Source: Octopus sinensis (taxonomy: Eukaryota). Taken from it: a stretch of 64,000 nucleotides of DNA. The notes beneath the pieces were generated by a model. That model was not told where the DNA came from. It made no database searches and saw nothing but the letters and a program-made list of their open reading frames with translations. Both the position numbers and the translations under genes were made by a program. Below, one piece after another: positions 1 to 45,600 of the stretch. Every line of letters begins with the position of its first letter. The first letter of the stretch is position 1. The stretch spans positions 46,810,001-46,874,000 of the forward strand of contig NC_043001.1 of NCBI RefSeq assembly GCF_006345805.1, in the 5' to 3' direction.

Positions 1-439
1 ATGCTCTCCACCCACACCACGAAATGAATGTGCTTCTTCCAACTACAAGAAAAAAAAAATATGCTAAAATGAAAAAGTGACATATGCATACAAGTACACA
101 CACATGCATGTGCACACATACACAAACACACACGTAAATCGTCATCATGTTTTTCCATGCTGGCAGGAATCAGACAGGTTGCATAGTGTCTCATCACAAC
201 AGATTGAAAACAACCAAAGTGTGAATGTCATACAGTGTGGAGACGGTACATTTTGTCATGCTGCCAGAACTAATGCTACTGTCTCTTGTAGGATGACCAA
301 AAAGTCCCCATTTCCCTATATCAATTCTTATTCTGAGTTACTATCCCACCCGGCAGACAATAGCTTGCAATGGGTGTTGGAAAATCCACATCACATTGGT
401 ATGTTACATTTTTCTGGTATGTTTTCTACAAGTGGATCT

Positions 440-1375
440 TTTTGGTGGTTGATAAAATATCAGGGGCAGATGTAATCAACTCGCTAAAATTGCTGCCTTT
501 GTGCCAAAATTTGAAAACTATTTAAAGGTGGTGAACTCACAGAATTGCTAGCATGTTGGGCAAAATGTTTACCAGCATTTCTTCCAGCTCTTTACTTTCT
601 GAGATCAAATTCTGCTGAGGTCAACTTTGCCTTTCACCCTTTTGGAGGTCAATAAAATATTAGTCAAGTACTGGGGTCAATAGTATTGACTGTTTCCCTT
701 CAAAATTGTTTGCCTTGTGCCAAAATTGGAAGGAATAAAACCGCCGACGCTGCTGCCGCCACCACCACCACCACCACCGTCATTATTAAGGTGGCAAGCT
801 TAAATCGTTAGCATGCCGGGCGAGATGCTTAGTGGTATTTCATCTGCCATTATGTTCTGAGTTTAAATTCCGCCAAGGTTGACTTTGCCTTTCATTCTTT
901 CAGGGTCAATAAATTAAGTAGCAGTGAAACACTGGGATCAATGTAATCGACTAGTCCCATCCCCCAAAATTTCAGGCCTTCTGCCTTTAGTAGAAAAGAA
1001 TCATTATTATTATTATTACTATTAAAGTAGCAAGATAATGTCTTGTAGTGCTTGTCCTGATTCTCTATATTCTGAGCTTAAATCTTGCCATGGTCAACTT
1101 AGTCTTTCATTCTTTTGGGGTTGATGAAGTACCAGACAAGTACTGGTGTTAATGTAACCAATTAACCCCAACTCCCCATAAACTGCTGGCCTTGTGCCAA
1201 AATTTGAAATAATGAAAGGCTTCTGACTTTACATTCTGAGTTCATTGCCTTTCATCCTTTCAAGGTCAATAAAGTAAGTCCCAGCCTATCAGTCAAGCAG
1301 TTAGGTTAATGTAATTGACTAATGCTCTCTCTCACAAAATTTCAGGTCTTATATTTGTAGTAGAAAGAATTATTA
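440..1375 (+). mobile_element. Head-to-tail cluster of about 5 decayed tRNA-derived SINE copies (plus orientation)
   Basis: Repeated module aaggtggc...ctgagttcaaattc...gactttgcctttcatcctt...gtaccag...tggggtc...aaaatt...gccttgtgcc, separated by (ATT)n-like spacers. A well-preserved copy of the same family sits at 33790-33990. Confidence 0.8.
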
Positions 1376-1640
1376 TTATTATTGTTGTCCAAAATATACT
1401 AAAAATGGCAGCAATTATTCATTTTTATTTCTCAGGGCTTTGGGAAAATCCAGTCAATCATTCAACTAATTAAATCAAATGGAATCAATCAATCAAAGCA
1501 AAATGACAGTGTGTTTGCCTAAATAGATAAGCTGACACATGATGACGTTTGACAAGAGATACAAATACTAGAACAAACAATCACATTCATTAAGTCAAAC
1601 GGATTTACAATTTAGGAAATAACTAAAAAGATTAACTTAC

Positions 1641-34538
<32,898 letters not shown>

Positions 34539-35371
34539 CTTTGTTATAGTGACATATAATTCAAGGGAGATCACTCTCCCTGCTTTTGAATTGTGTCCCT
34601 TGTTCAGTCGGCGTTTTCCGACGTTAAAATTTCTCAAGTGAATATGAATTCTATTTTAAAAAATAATAAAATGTAACAAGTAAAAGTAATGTTAATTGTT
34701 GAAACTTTATTCTTATTTTAGTATTCTTTTATCTTAAACCTTTCGTCATACATCCTAAAATAAGAATAATAAAGCTGAAGTGAAGACCAGTTATACAGTA
34801 ATTGTTGAAACATCTTTTAAGGGTAATATTTCAATCAGTCTCAGTAATGCAATGCACAGGACTGATAGTAAATTAATGAAAATGTTATCTTCTCACATGT
34901 GTAATGCCATCATATATAAATTGTGTACAAGTCATTAACTACTAGTAAATAACTTATTTTAAATAGTTTTCTTTTATTACCCTAATTGTATTCAAATAAA
35001 ATGCTACTTTTTTTCCAAGCTAAAATTGTTTGTTTCCCTCCTCCCCGGACAGCAGGGAACTATGACACAACCCAATACAGTTATTGGTTATCCAGGGCGT
35101 GGGTTGACAAGACCGGCGTAGCATCAGACAAAATGTTTTCCCGTAACGAGTAATTTCCATTTACATTCTGGGCTGAATTCGCCGACGTAGACTTTACTTT
35201 ACATTCTTGCGGAGTCAATATAATAAATAAGTTAAGGGATAATTGATGGGCACATTTATTCAAGTGTAAATTTTTTTTTTAAACCGTCATACCCATCTAA
35301 TTTTTTTTCCTTGGGACTTTAAAAACAAAGATCTTTGGATTTATATGTTTTAAACAACGGATATTCAGAAT

Positions 35372-36080
35372 CTTCACAATTTTAGGATCTTTTCCTTTTG
35401 AACAGCAGTTTTCAAAACAATTTCTAGTTAACTAAACGCTTTTAAACTTCGTATACTGGTAGAATGTGTCTTGGCTTTCTTGAGAAAATTGCAATTTGTA
35501 AGTTTAACGTAGTTTAATTTTTCGAATTTTAACCAATTCTATGGCCTCTATTGAGCTAAAATCATTTGCTGCGTCTAAAACTGAGACAACATCCTATCAC
35601 TAACCCTAACCCTCACCCTAACCCTAACCCTAAATTTTAGCCTTTCGTTTTTTTTTCTTAATTGTTAAATTAATTTAATTGTTACGCGTGTGTCTAAAAT
35701 TATTCGTTTTGTTTTTGTTTTGAGTTTTTGCTTTCGTTTTAGCCTTTCGTTTTTTTTTCTTAATTGTTATCCTTAAATTAATTTAACAATTAAGAAAAAA
35801 AACGAAAGGCTAAAATTTAGGGTTAGGGTTAGTGACAGGATGCTGTCTGTTTTAGACGCAGCAAATGATTTTAGCTCAATAGAGGCCATAGGATTGGTTA
35901 AAATTCGAAAAATTAAACTACGTTAAACTTACAAATTACAATTTTCTCAAGAAAGCCAAGAGAAAAAAATGTTTTATTTTGACACATTCTACCAGTATAC
36001 GAAGTTTAAAAGTGTTTAGTTAACTAGAAATTGTGTTGAAAACTGCCGTTCAAAAGGAAAATATCCCAATTTTGTAAAAT
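35372..36080. mobile_element. Fold-back / MITE-like element with about 300-bp inverted arms and internal (TTAGGG)n
   Basis: Left arm about 35372-35680 is the reverse complement of right arm about 35775-36080. CCCTAA-type repeats at 35600-35633 and TTAGGG repeats at 35817-35832. Confidence 0.85.
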
Positions 36081-37989
36081 CTATAGCAAAGGAAAATTTG
36101 CTTTATGAATATAAAGGTTCTGAGGTCACCAGTGTGGCGGTTTGTTGATACCACCACCTTAATGTTGTCCATTGGTTATTAGTTCGAAAAAAGTTGTCCT
36201 CACGTCGGGTTGATTCCATGGTTGTTAGTTGAAGATGACGATGTCGGCGATGTTAGTTGCTGATTGCAGTTGATTGCACATGAATTGCCTTGCATAGAGC
36301 TCCGCATAGAGATGTGTAGTGTTTAATAGAGATGTCTCTGATGTGTAATGAATGAGTAAGTGAAGACATTAGTTTTGCTTTGTATATACAAAAAGATACT
36401 TGATAGAAGTGTTTCTAATAAACATGAGATAACGATATTGAGTTTGGTCTATACTGCTAGCGCACGTGGACGAAGAATGTTCTTGTGTGAGAGAGGCCAG
36501 CGTTAACGCGATAGAACAAAACTGCATGCAAGGAGTCATTTAGAAGAAGGCCAAGGAACTCGATTGGACATGAATGTAGCAGAGAGCACCTGTTCAAGGG
36601 AGCTTGTTTATTCAGCCAATCACAGACTGAAAACTTATGGTGTCGTCTGAGCCTACTTGAGATCCAAAAATGCATGTTTTAAACCCAAGTTAGAACAGAC
36701 ATGCTCCAAATCAAAATATGATTATGGATGAATAATTTGTATACACTGAGGAAAATAACAAACACCTTTTTTGAAAAGAAGTATATTTTGTTTGAAATGC
36801 ATAAATATTTTATTTGTGTTGTATTACTGCAGTTATTGATATTTATACTACTAAGTCTTTGGAAGAAAGAAAAGAAAAATTAATAAAGAACTGGGCAACA
36901 GAGGAGCTAGAATACTGTAAAGATCTTCACTGAGTTCAGAAAAGATGCTATTGATCCGTTTGGAAGCAAATTGTCTTCAGTGAATCACCTTATTGTTGCA
37001 AAGAACTATTAAAAACATGAGAATATTTTGGTACTTTTGTGAAATCGATCAAAGGAAAAAGCGAAATGAGAAGTGGATTAAATTCTTTGGTGGAAATATG
37101 GTTGTTAGAAACTTGTTTATACTTATAAAACAACAATATACAATAATTCTGTGGAGAAAATATGTAACTTTTGGGTTTGGGATTTTGGTTTTCAGTTGCA
37201 CATCGAGACAAAAATGGTCAAAAAGTATTCCTTTACAGAAGAAAATTACAAAATTAGTTAAGCTTATAAATATATCTTTCCTCATATCTTTCTTTATTCT
37301 CATATCCTTCTTTATCTTTCTCTCTTTTTCCTTCCCACCCCCTCTTTCTCTTGTTCATCCTCTGCTGTCTTCTGTCTCTATCTAGTTTTAAAGTATTAAA
37401 AAATATATAAGAGAATCCGAAACTTGGACAATTGATAGTGAAAGAACAGATTTATATTTTGGAGCTTTTCCAAAGAATAGATGAAATCCTGCCATAAATA
37501 TACAGATATATTAGCAGAGTAAGAATTTCATCAGGTACTGTAGACTTACTCTTTCAACTTGCAATCTTTCTCTTCCTGCAAAATCATAACACATGAATAT
37601 AATATATAAATATAAAATGCATAAATATAATATATATAGAACGCGTCAAATTTTTATTAATCGCAGTTTACAAAAGAAAAAATGATCAAATGAATAAAGA
37701 ACTAAGCACTCTTCCTATAAAAAAAAATTTTTTTAGTTAAAACTAGTTATATTAATAGCAAAATATAAAGCAAGACTCAAGTCACAGATAATCAATTCTA
37801 GATGTCTTGAGACTATTTCATGAAATGCCCAATTTAACATATCAACAGGCTAAAAATTTTAATCTACTGATAATGAATCTAAGTCACAGGTGTTCTTGTC
37901 ATTTTTGCCTAGATTAAAATATTGCAAAAGCAACCACCACCAACAACAACTTCCTTCAAACGACAAGACTCAATCTTACGAGACACATT

Positions 37990-38574
37990 CATTATATAAT
38001 CACAATTTACTTGGCAAGAAATTCCTAAAGTAGTACTGAAATGATCTCTTAATGACAGCCTCTGAATCACACGGTCTTGCCAAACACCTGTTTTCCACGG
38101 TCTAACCTTGTTTTTTTAATGATACGAACGAGCTTGTTTCTTCATAAAGCTTGAATATTCTTGAAACGACACTCTTTGATCTGTTAATGTCTCTGGCGAT
38201 AGCAGAAATTACCATTCCTTCTTTTTTCAATGTGACCACTCGCTTCCTGAGGCTTTCATCAGCTTTACGTTGCTTTCCATGGTTATTAATTCACTACTGT
38301 TCAATATAAATCATAGTTTAAATCGGTCAGAGTGTTGCCAGATTTTACTTTTTTAATTTGACACCATACACTCTCTAATTTTGTCCATCTTGTATTTTTA
38401 CATAAACATTTTCTCTATTATAAATTACCGAGTTATAAATCACTTCCTGCAAAATTTATTGAAAATAATGAACACACTCTAAAGTATATACAGTAAAGAT
38501 CCCATTCAGGAAATGAAGTAGAAATATAAATATCTTTAAATTTCATTTTTGTTCTCTAATTTTGGCCACTACTG
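37990..38574 (-). mobile_element. Tc1-type transposon 5' fragment (TIR plus paired-HTH region)
   Basis: End cagtagtggccaaaattagagaac at 38574. The minus frame reads ...RKADESLRKRVVTLKKEGMVISAIARDINRSKSVVSRIFKLYEETSSF..KKQG*, with no catalytic domain. Confidence 0.65.
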
Positions 38575-38598
38575 CATGTATCTATGGGCACGTATATA

Positions 38599-39915
38599 TT
38601 AAGTTGTCCGGAAAGTTCTGAGCATTGTTTAATATGCAAAAAAGGATATAAATAATTGATCTTTCAATAAATTTTATTCAATGAAATAATTTCCATTATT
38701 ATTAATGACCTTTGCCCATCTATCAGGTAATTTAAATATTCCATCAGCATAGAATTTGACTGGTTTTGGAGAAAAAAAGTTATCTAGGTTCATTTTGACT
38801 CCATCTAAATCGTTAAATGTTTTCCCTTACAATGAGTTCTGTAGAGATAAAAACAAGTGGTAGTCGAATGGCGTAATATCAGGAGAATATGGTGAATGGG
38901 ATAAGAGATCCCAGCCATGTTCATGTAACTTTGTTCGGGTAGCCAAAGGCACATGTAGCCGGGCATTGTCTTGTTGGAACACTACTCCTTTCCTGTTGAC
39001 AATCTCCAGCCTCAATTCTTTGATTTTTTGATTCAAATTAACCAGCTGACGACAATACGCATCAGAATTAATGGTTTGGTTTTGTGGGAGAAGCTCATAA
39101 TAAATAATGTCTTTATGGTACCACCAAATGCAAAGCATTACTTTTTTGGCATGGGTATTCGTCTTTGGCTGCTGTTTTGGGAGAATCTTACGCAAACTCC
39201 GGGAACTTTTTCGCACTATGTTTTCGAACACAATCCGTTTTTCATCTCCAGTCACAAGTTGTTTAAAAAAAGGCATGTTTTCATTCCGTTTCCAAAGCAT
39301 ATCACAAACAGAATACCAGTCTAAGCAATTCTTTTCTGAGAGTTTGTGAGGGACCCATACATTATAGCTTCATTAGATGTTCATGAGCTGTACTTTTAGA
39401 AACTTCCAACTCCTCTGCAAGTTCTCTACTCCTGATATTTAAGTTTTCTACGATTTTGCCTTCAAAACATCTTCATCCAATTTTGAAGGTCTTCCACTGT
39501 GACTGTTATCTTCCAAGTTAAACTCTCCAGCTTTAAATTTTGCAAACCACCTTCGAACAGTTGATTCACTTACAACATCATTCTCATAAGCTTCACAAAT
39601 GTTTTTGCAAGTCTTTGCAGTATTCTCTCCTTTTTTTAAAAAGCGAATTTTTGGCCATCCATTTCAACTGTCAATAAAGGGTAACCAGACTGAAAGATAA
39701 ATCTATTTTTAGTTAGGAACAAAGAAGAGACGCACTACTGTTTCAAATAATACCAAAGTTTTAATTGTGCTACGTTTCAGGTGTGTTCAATGAAGCATTA
39801 AAAGATTTAGCTTAAAAAGGCTCAAAATTTTTCTTCGTAAAGAAGTTTTCTTTTGTAGGGATATGTTATCCAAGTGGTCATCAGTTTTGGGCTATTGAAC
39901 TATTTTTACAACAAC
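38599..39915 (-). mobile_element. Inactive mariner (DD34D) transposon
   Basis: LVTGDEK, KKVMLCIWW, QQDNARLH...HSPYSPDITPFDYHLF with 34 residues between the last two D. The N-terminus is frameshifted from the ATG at about 39662. Left end ta|ttaagttgtccggaaagttc; right TIR decayed. Confidence 0.9.
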
Positions 39916-40352
39916 ATCCAACACAATTAAACAAAAGAACGAAAAGCTTACAATTCATACTAAGAATTGATCGAGTTAATTCCTAGTGATATCTGAAGAA
40001 GGAATTTTTGTGTTCTGAAATATTATATCAGACTATGGATGATTAAATTATAACAGTTAATATAATCCATGGTGGTTATTATAATGCATTTTGTGCATTC
40101 AAGACACAATATATTTTAAAAACAATACACAATGCTTCAAGCGAACTACAATACTCTTCTATGTGTATATATATATATATATATATATAGGTGAGAAAGT
40201 TGGTGTGTGAAAGCACGTGGTTGAATATATAGAAAATAGTAAAAAGTGAAAAAACTACAGAAGGCTTGTTTTAAAAGGTTAATAAATATATATTTGAGTC
40301 ATTATGTCTGAAGAATGTTATAAATTTTTTTCATACAATGACATAGTTTTTG

Positions 40353-40392
40353 AAGAAATGACCGGTTTCGCGTTCAGCTTTTCAAATTTCTT
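40353..40392 (-). ncRNA. Identical hammerhead motif in the opposite arm
   Basis: Exact reverse complement of 42509-42548. Confidence 0.7.
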
Positions 40393-41113
40393 ACATCGTT
40401 ATGTTTACGTCGAGAAGTGTGAAGAAAGAGTTCCAGATAAGGGGAGGTAATAAGTGATTTCTTCCGGTGTAAGGGAGATAATCGCTTAATATTTTTTGCC
40501 TTTTTTTTTTGAGTGAGTTTCTCTGTATAAGAATATTGGAATGGTTAAGTTTGGGCTTGTATTTTTCAATGAAGAATGTTTCCTTGTTTAGTCTAATTTG
40601 TGTTGGTGTTCCGATAGCACATTGGTAAAATAGAAAGATCTAAAATTGTGTTAGTAGTTGCTTTGCGCATTTCTCAATGTGCTCACTAAAGGGTATCATT
40701 CTGTATTCTGGGAATGCAATCTGTTGTCGATGCAGTGTGCATCTATGTTTAAACCATTAAAAAATCACCAAAGACATATATACACACACCTAACCCGGGG
40801 GACCTAAAACTACGACCCATTGTAGCTGGCCCAATCTGTGAAACACACAGACTAAGTCTATTTATGGACATCCTCCTGAAACCCTTCCTTAAACATATCG
40901 ATAGCCATATCAGAGATGACTTAATTATGTTAAACCACCTTCCAAAAATTGCATCCGTAATTTCAGAAAACAATTTTGCCTTTGTGAGAATCTTTTTAAG
41001 TGATTTAGGTTGTAGCTTTTAATGATTTGGTGTATGTTTAGAATTTCCTTTAATTTGGGGTCCTTATGAAGTATTGGTAAATTCTGGGTGATGATGGTGA
41101 AGGCTTCTTTGTT

Positions 41114-41974
41114 TCATGGGTTGTATGTGGATATGTAAGGTAGTATTTTCGGGAAAGGTGTGTTGTTGTGTTGAACTTTTCTCAAAGTTTCTATGTTGAT
41201 TTCTGTTGCACATCTGATCCCATCCTCTATGAGTTGAGCTGGGTAATGTCTGTCAATTAGGGTGTTTTTGAGTTCTTGCAGTCTAAAGTTCCTGGTATTT
41301 TGTTCTGATACTATTGTGCATATCCTTCTTGCAAGGTTGAAGGGGATGTTTGTTTTAGTGTGTCTTGGGTGGCATGAATTAAAAAGAAGGTATTGTTTGG
41401 CATCTGTGGCTTTGTAAAAAATGTCTGTTTCTATTTTAAGGTTAATTTTTTTAATTAGTATATCCAAGAACGGGAGCTCCTTTTGGTTGTATTCCATTGT
41501 GAACTGTATATTTGGGTTTATGCTATTCAATAGGTTTTTGAATTTTAGGAGTTTATTTGTGTTTTCATTCCAGAGTATAAAACAATCGTCCAGGAATCGT
41601 TTCAAATTCTCTTTTATGTATTGAGAGAGGGGGTTTCCAAAGATTGATAAAGATTCTTTGTAAATGATTATTTCCAGGTAGCCCATTGTTAGGTTCGCAA
41701 TGACTGGTGCTGCCCTTGTACCCATAGCAATTCCGGATTTTTGATGGTAAAATGTATTGTCAAACATGAAGTGGTTATTATGTAGGATGAATTCAATTGA
41801 TTTAGTAATGAATTCTTTACTGATCCTTTTTGGTATTTCTTCCGGAAATTGGTCCAGCCAGAACTGTATTGCCTCTAGTCCATAATTATGAGGTATACTG
41901 GTATATAAGTTAACTACATCAAATGAAACCATGATTGTTTCTTCCTTGGCTTTTTTTGGAAGGTGGTTTAACAT
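41114..41974 (-). pseudogene. PLE reverse transcriptase fragment (286 aa)
   Basis: ORF track. It is 5'-truncated and frameshifted at about 42030, and the GIY-YIG N-terminal half is missing. Confidence 0.88.
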
Positions 41975-42508
41975 AATTAAGTCATCTCTGATATGGCTAT
42001 CGATATGTTTAAGGAAGGGTTTCAGGAGATGTCCATAAATAGACTTAGTCTGTGTGTTTCACAGATTGGGCCAGCTACAATGGGTCGTAGTTTTAGGTCC
42101 CCCCGGGTTAGGTGTGTGTATATATGTCTTTGGTGATTTTTTAATGGTTTAAACGTAGATGCACACTGCATCGACAACAGATTGCATTCCCAGAATACAG
42201 AATGATACCCTTTAGTGAGCACATTGAGAAATGCGCAAAGCAACTACTAACACAATTTTAGATCTTTCTATTTTACCAATGTGCTATCGGAACACCAACA
42301 CAAATTAGACTAAACAAGGAAACATTCTTCATTGAAAAATACAAGCCCAAACTTAACCATTCCAATATTCTTATACAGAGAAACTCACTCAAAAAAAAAA
42401 GGCAAAAAATATTAAGCGATTATCTCCCTTACACCGGAAGAAATCACTTATTACCTCCCCTTATCTGGAACTCTTTCTTCACACTTCTCGACGTAAACAT
42501 AACGATGT

Positions 42509-42548
42509 AAGAAATTTGAAAAGCTGAACGCGAAACCGGTCATTTCTT
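42509..42548 (+). ncRNA. Minimal type-I hammerhead ribozyme motif (PLE-associated), U3-A8 core variant
   Basis: AAGAAAT (helix I) - TTGAAAA (core) - GC TGAAC GC (helix II) - GAAA C CG G TC (helix III with palindrome ACCGGT, GUC triplet) - ATTTCTT (helix I). Confidence 0.7.
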
Positions 42549-42699
42549 CAAAAACTATGTCATTGTATGAAAAAAATTTATAACATTCTTCAAACATAAT
42601 GACTCAAATATATATTTTTTAACCTTTTAAAACAAGCCTTCTGTAGTTTTTTCACTATTTTCTATATATATATGTGTGTGTGTGTGGTGTGTGTGTGTG

Positions 42700-45600
42700 T
42701 GTGTATACTACATATGTAGTGTGTGTTTGTTTGTGGCATTGTTAGCTAACTCCTCCTACATTGTTTTATTTATTCTGATGAAACTTGATACGTGAGTACA
42801 ACTCATGTCTGGAAACCTTGTGACATACTTAGATTGTTGAAAAAATCGATAATACGGCACCTGGAAGGGACCTTTATATCTACTTTATATAACTAATTTT
42901 TTTAAACACCCAAGGGAAATAACTTATACCACCACACTATTTTTTAAACAGTCAAGGGAAATAACCCATTTCATTGTTTATGTTCCTTTGAACCATCGTT
43001 CAACCGACCTAATTCACTACTCACAGTTTTGAATTGCTAAACATTATTATTGCACTTCCTTAATTTGAATCTTAAACCTTCATTCATACATTTCTATACA
43101 TACATACTTTTTTGAATGCCCTTTACTCCGATAATTCTGCATTTTTACAGTTACACTTTATCCATGACAGTAGATAAATTTTTTTCCACAACGTATTTGT
43201 AGTGGCTTCATGTAGGCATAGCGTGGATTCGATCCTCGATTGCCAAATTTCACTTAACACTTCAACAGTGCTTTTCTCACGGTTAAACAATAGTTTTTCT
43301 ATGAATGACAGCAATTAAACATTTCCCAGATGCCTCCGCTAAGCTGAATAATTTCTTTACTACTTGACCCTTCTAACCTCTTCTAGTCCACCAGGGGCTG
43401 GAATGGAGATAACAGACCTCCAACGAAATCATTTGTTCTCAACAATATGTCTATCCTTCTGGCTGCTTTTCGATAGTTATAAAAACAAGAACTCCGTAAG
43501 CTAAACGCAGTTACTGACAGCGACCACCAGTCAGTGTGAACATTATTTTTGCACTTTCTTATAACACTTCATTCATATATTTCTATACATATATGCTACA
43601 TTCATATATTACCTTGAATAAATTAGCCTTCATAAAGTTCACCTTTAGAATGCCACGACGAGTCAGAGTACGACTGGGTGCTTCTACTTCACAAGCTGCT
43701 CTAATGCGACAACGGCGATCTCAAGTAAGTCTATGATTCATTATGTTTCATATTTACAAAATAAAACAATTATTCCCACTTCACAGACGGTATCCAACGG
43801 CTGTGAATCTAGCTGTTCATCTTGAAAGCGGAGAGCGTGTCTATTTCAGGGAAGATAATGCTCGACAGCAATTTCAACAACTCCCCACAAACAACTCTTA
43901 CAGCTTTCTTCAACCTGTGCAAAACAGACAATTTTGCCCGATCCTTGCTTTATGTTGAAGTACCTGACTATTACACCTGGTCACGAAAAAAAATAGGTAA
44001 AACGTATAAATGGAACTCCAGTTACCGCCTATGAGGCAGAAGAGATATTTCAAAGCAATGCTATTGGGAGAGTTTACACAGTCCATCCAAATCAACAAAA
44101 GTGCTTCTTTTTAAGTCTCCTCCTACACATTGTTTGAGGTCCTACATGTTTTCAAGATCTGCGTGTGTTTAATGGAGAGCTCTGTCCAACCTTTAGGGGC
44201 GGCTTCTACCAAACATGGACTACTTGAAGATGATACTCACTAGCACCAAACACTCGACAAGGCCTCTGTCGCCAAAATTCCAACTCAACTACGCCGATTA
44301 TTCTCCATCATGCTTATGACATGTGCCTTGAGTGATCCTGTAACGCTTTGGGAAAATTACAGAGAAAGCATGTCAGCGGATAAATTACACAGAATCCAAA
44401 GGCAGAACCCATCGGAAACTGTCGAATACAGTGAGGCATTCAATGACCTAGACAACCGAGTGAAATCCATGGATGGCAGTGGAGTTGCTGCTTTTGGGTC
44501 TGCCTCAACCAGATGTGTCACCTGAAAACCTTGACATCGAATATGAACGGGAGATCAATTATGACATCGAAGAAATGGCAGCGTTTGTGGCTGATAATGA
44601 ACACAAATTAAACGAGGAACAAAAAACTGCCTTCCAATTCATTATTTCATTCACTCATAGTGAGACTGGTAATATCTCCTTTCTCGATTCTCCATGTGGA
44701 ACAGGCAAAACATTCATTATCAATCTTATTTTGACGAAGCTACGACAAAATAAACAGATAGCCCTTGCCGTGGCGTCAAGTGGAATAGCTATAACTCTGT
44801 TAAATGGTGGACATACAGCTCATTTGTGCCTCTAGACCTTTCAAAAAAAAAAAAAAGAAAAAGACATAGCAATTTGCAATATCAGTCGTGGCACTACAAA
44901 AGCAAACATTCTCACCGAGTGCAAATCGATCATTTGGGATGAAGCAACAATGAGTCATAAGGGGGCTTTTGAGGCTCTTGACAGATTACTTCAAGATCTG
45001 AGGCGCATCTCAAGATTAATGGGCGGCCTAACAGTACTCCTTGCAGGAGACTTTCGACAAACACTCCTAGTCATTCCAAAAGGAACGAGAGCAGATGAGG
45101 TAAATGTGAGCATCAAATCTTCATACCTTTGGAGCAAGGTTAGAAAGTTGAAACTCTCAACAAACATGAGAGTGGAGTTAGGTGGTGATGCGCGCATGGA
45201 GAACTTCTGCGGGCAATTAATGGATATTGGAAACAGTGCTGTAATTGTTGAGCAGGACGGGAAGATTAATTTACCCTTTGGCAATTTAGTGTCAAATATA
45301 CACGAACTATTGGCGAGAGTTTTCTCCAATCTGAACACACAATTCAAAGATCATTGTTGGCTGAGAAAACGTGCAATTTTGGCGCCAAAAAATGTCGCAG
45401 TAGATGGCGTAAACAATCACCTTCTGGAACAACTGCCTGGCGATCGTCGAACATACAAGTAAATTGATACTGTGCTCCACACCAATGATGCTGTTCATTA
45501 CCCCGTTAAATTCCTCAATAGCCTTGCATTTTCAGGTCTACCACTGCATGAATTGCATCTAAAGGTTGGAATCCCAGTTATGCTTTTAAGAAACCTTGAT

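Larger units (their letters stand above)
40190..42668 (-). mobile_element. Penelope-like retroelement (RT plus GIY-YIG tail) arranged as a large inverted repeat
   Basis: The RT ORF has SFDVVNLYTSIP, GIAMGTRAAPVIANLTM, RFLDDCF, LPFLDILI and YLLFNSCHPRH. The GIY-YIG C-terminus TLHRQQI...SEHIEKC...RLNKETFFIEKYKPKLN is present in both arms. Arms are 40225-40948 and 41953-42668. Confidence 0.92.

Noticed and set aside
77-475. 132-aa plus-strand ORF
   Set aside because: It starts in a CA-rich microsatellite, ends in a SINE, has no recognisable domain, and is antisense within a TBCD intron.
1-1640. Next TBCD exon (20)
   Set aside because: No segment with suitable splice sites and TBCD-like sequence was found; it probably lies left of the window, though a very short exon could have been missed.
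36993-37385. 130-aa plus-strand ORF
   Set aside because: It has low-complexity AT/pyrimidine composition, no recognisable domain and no splice support.
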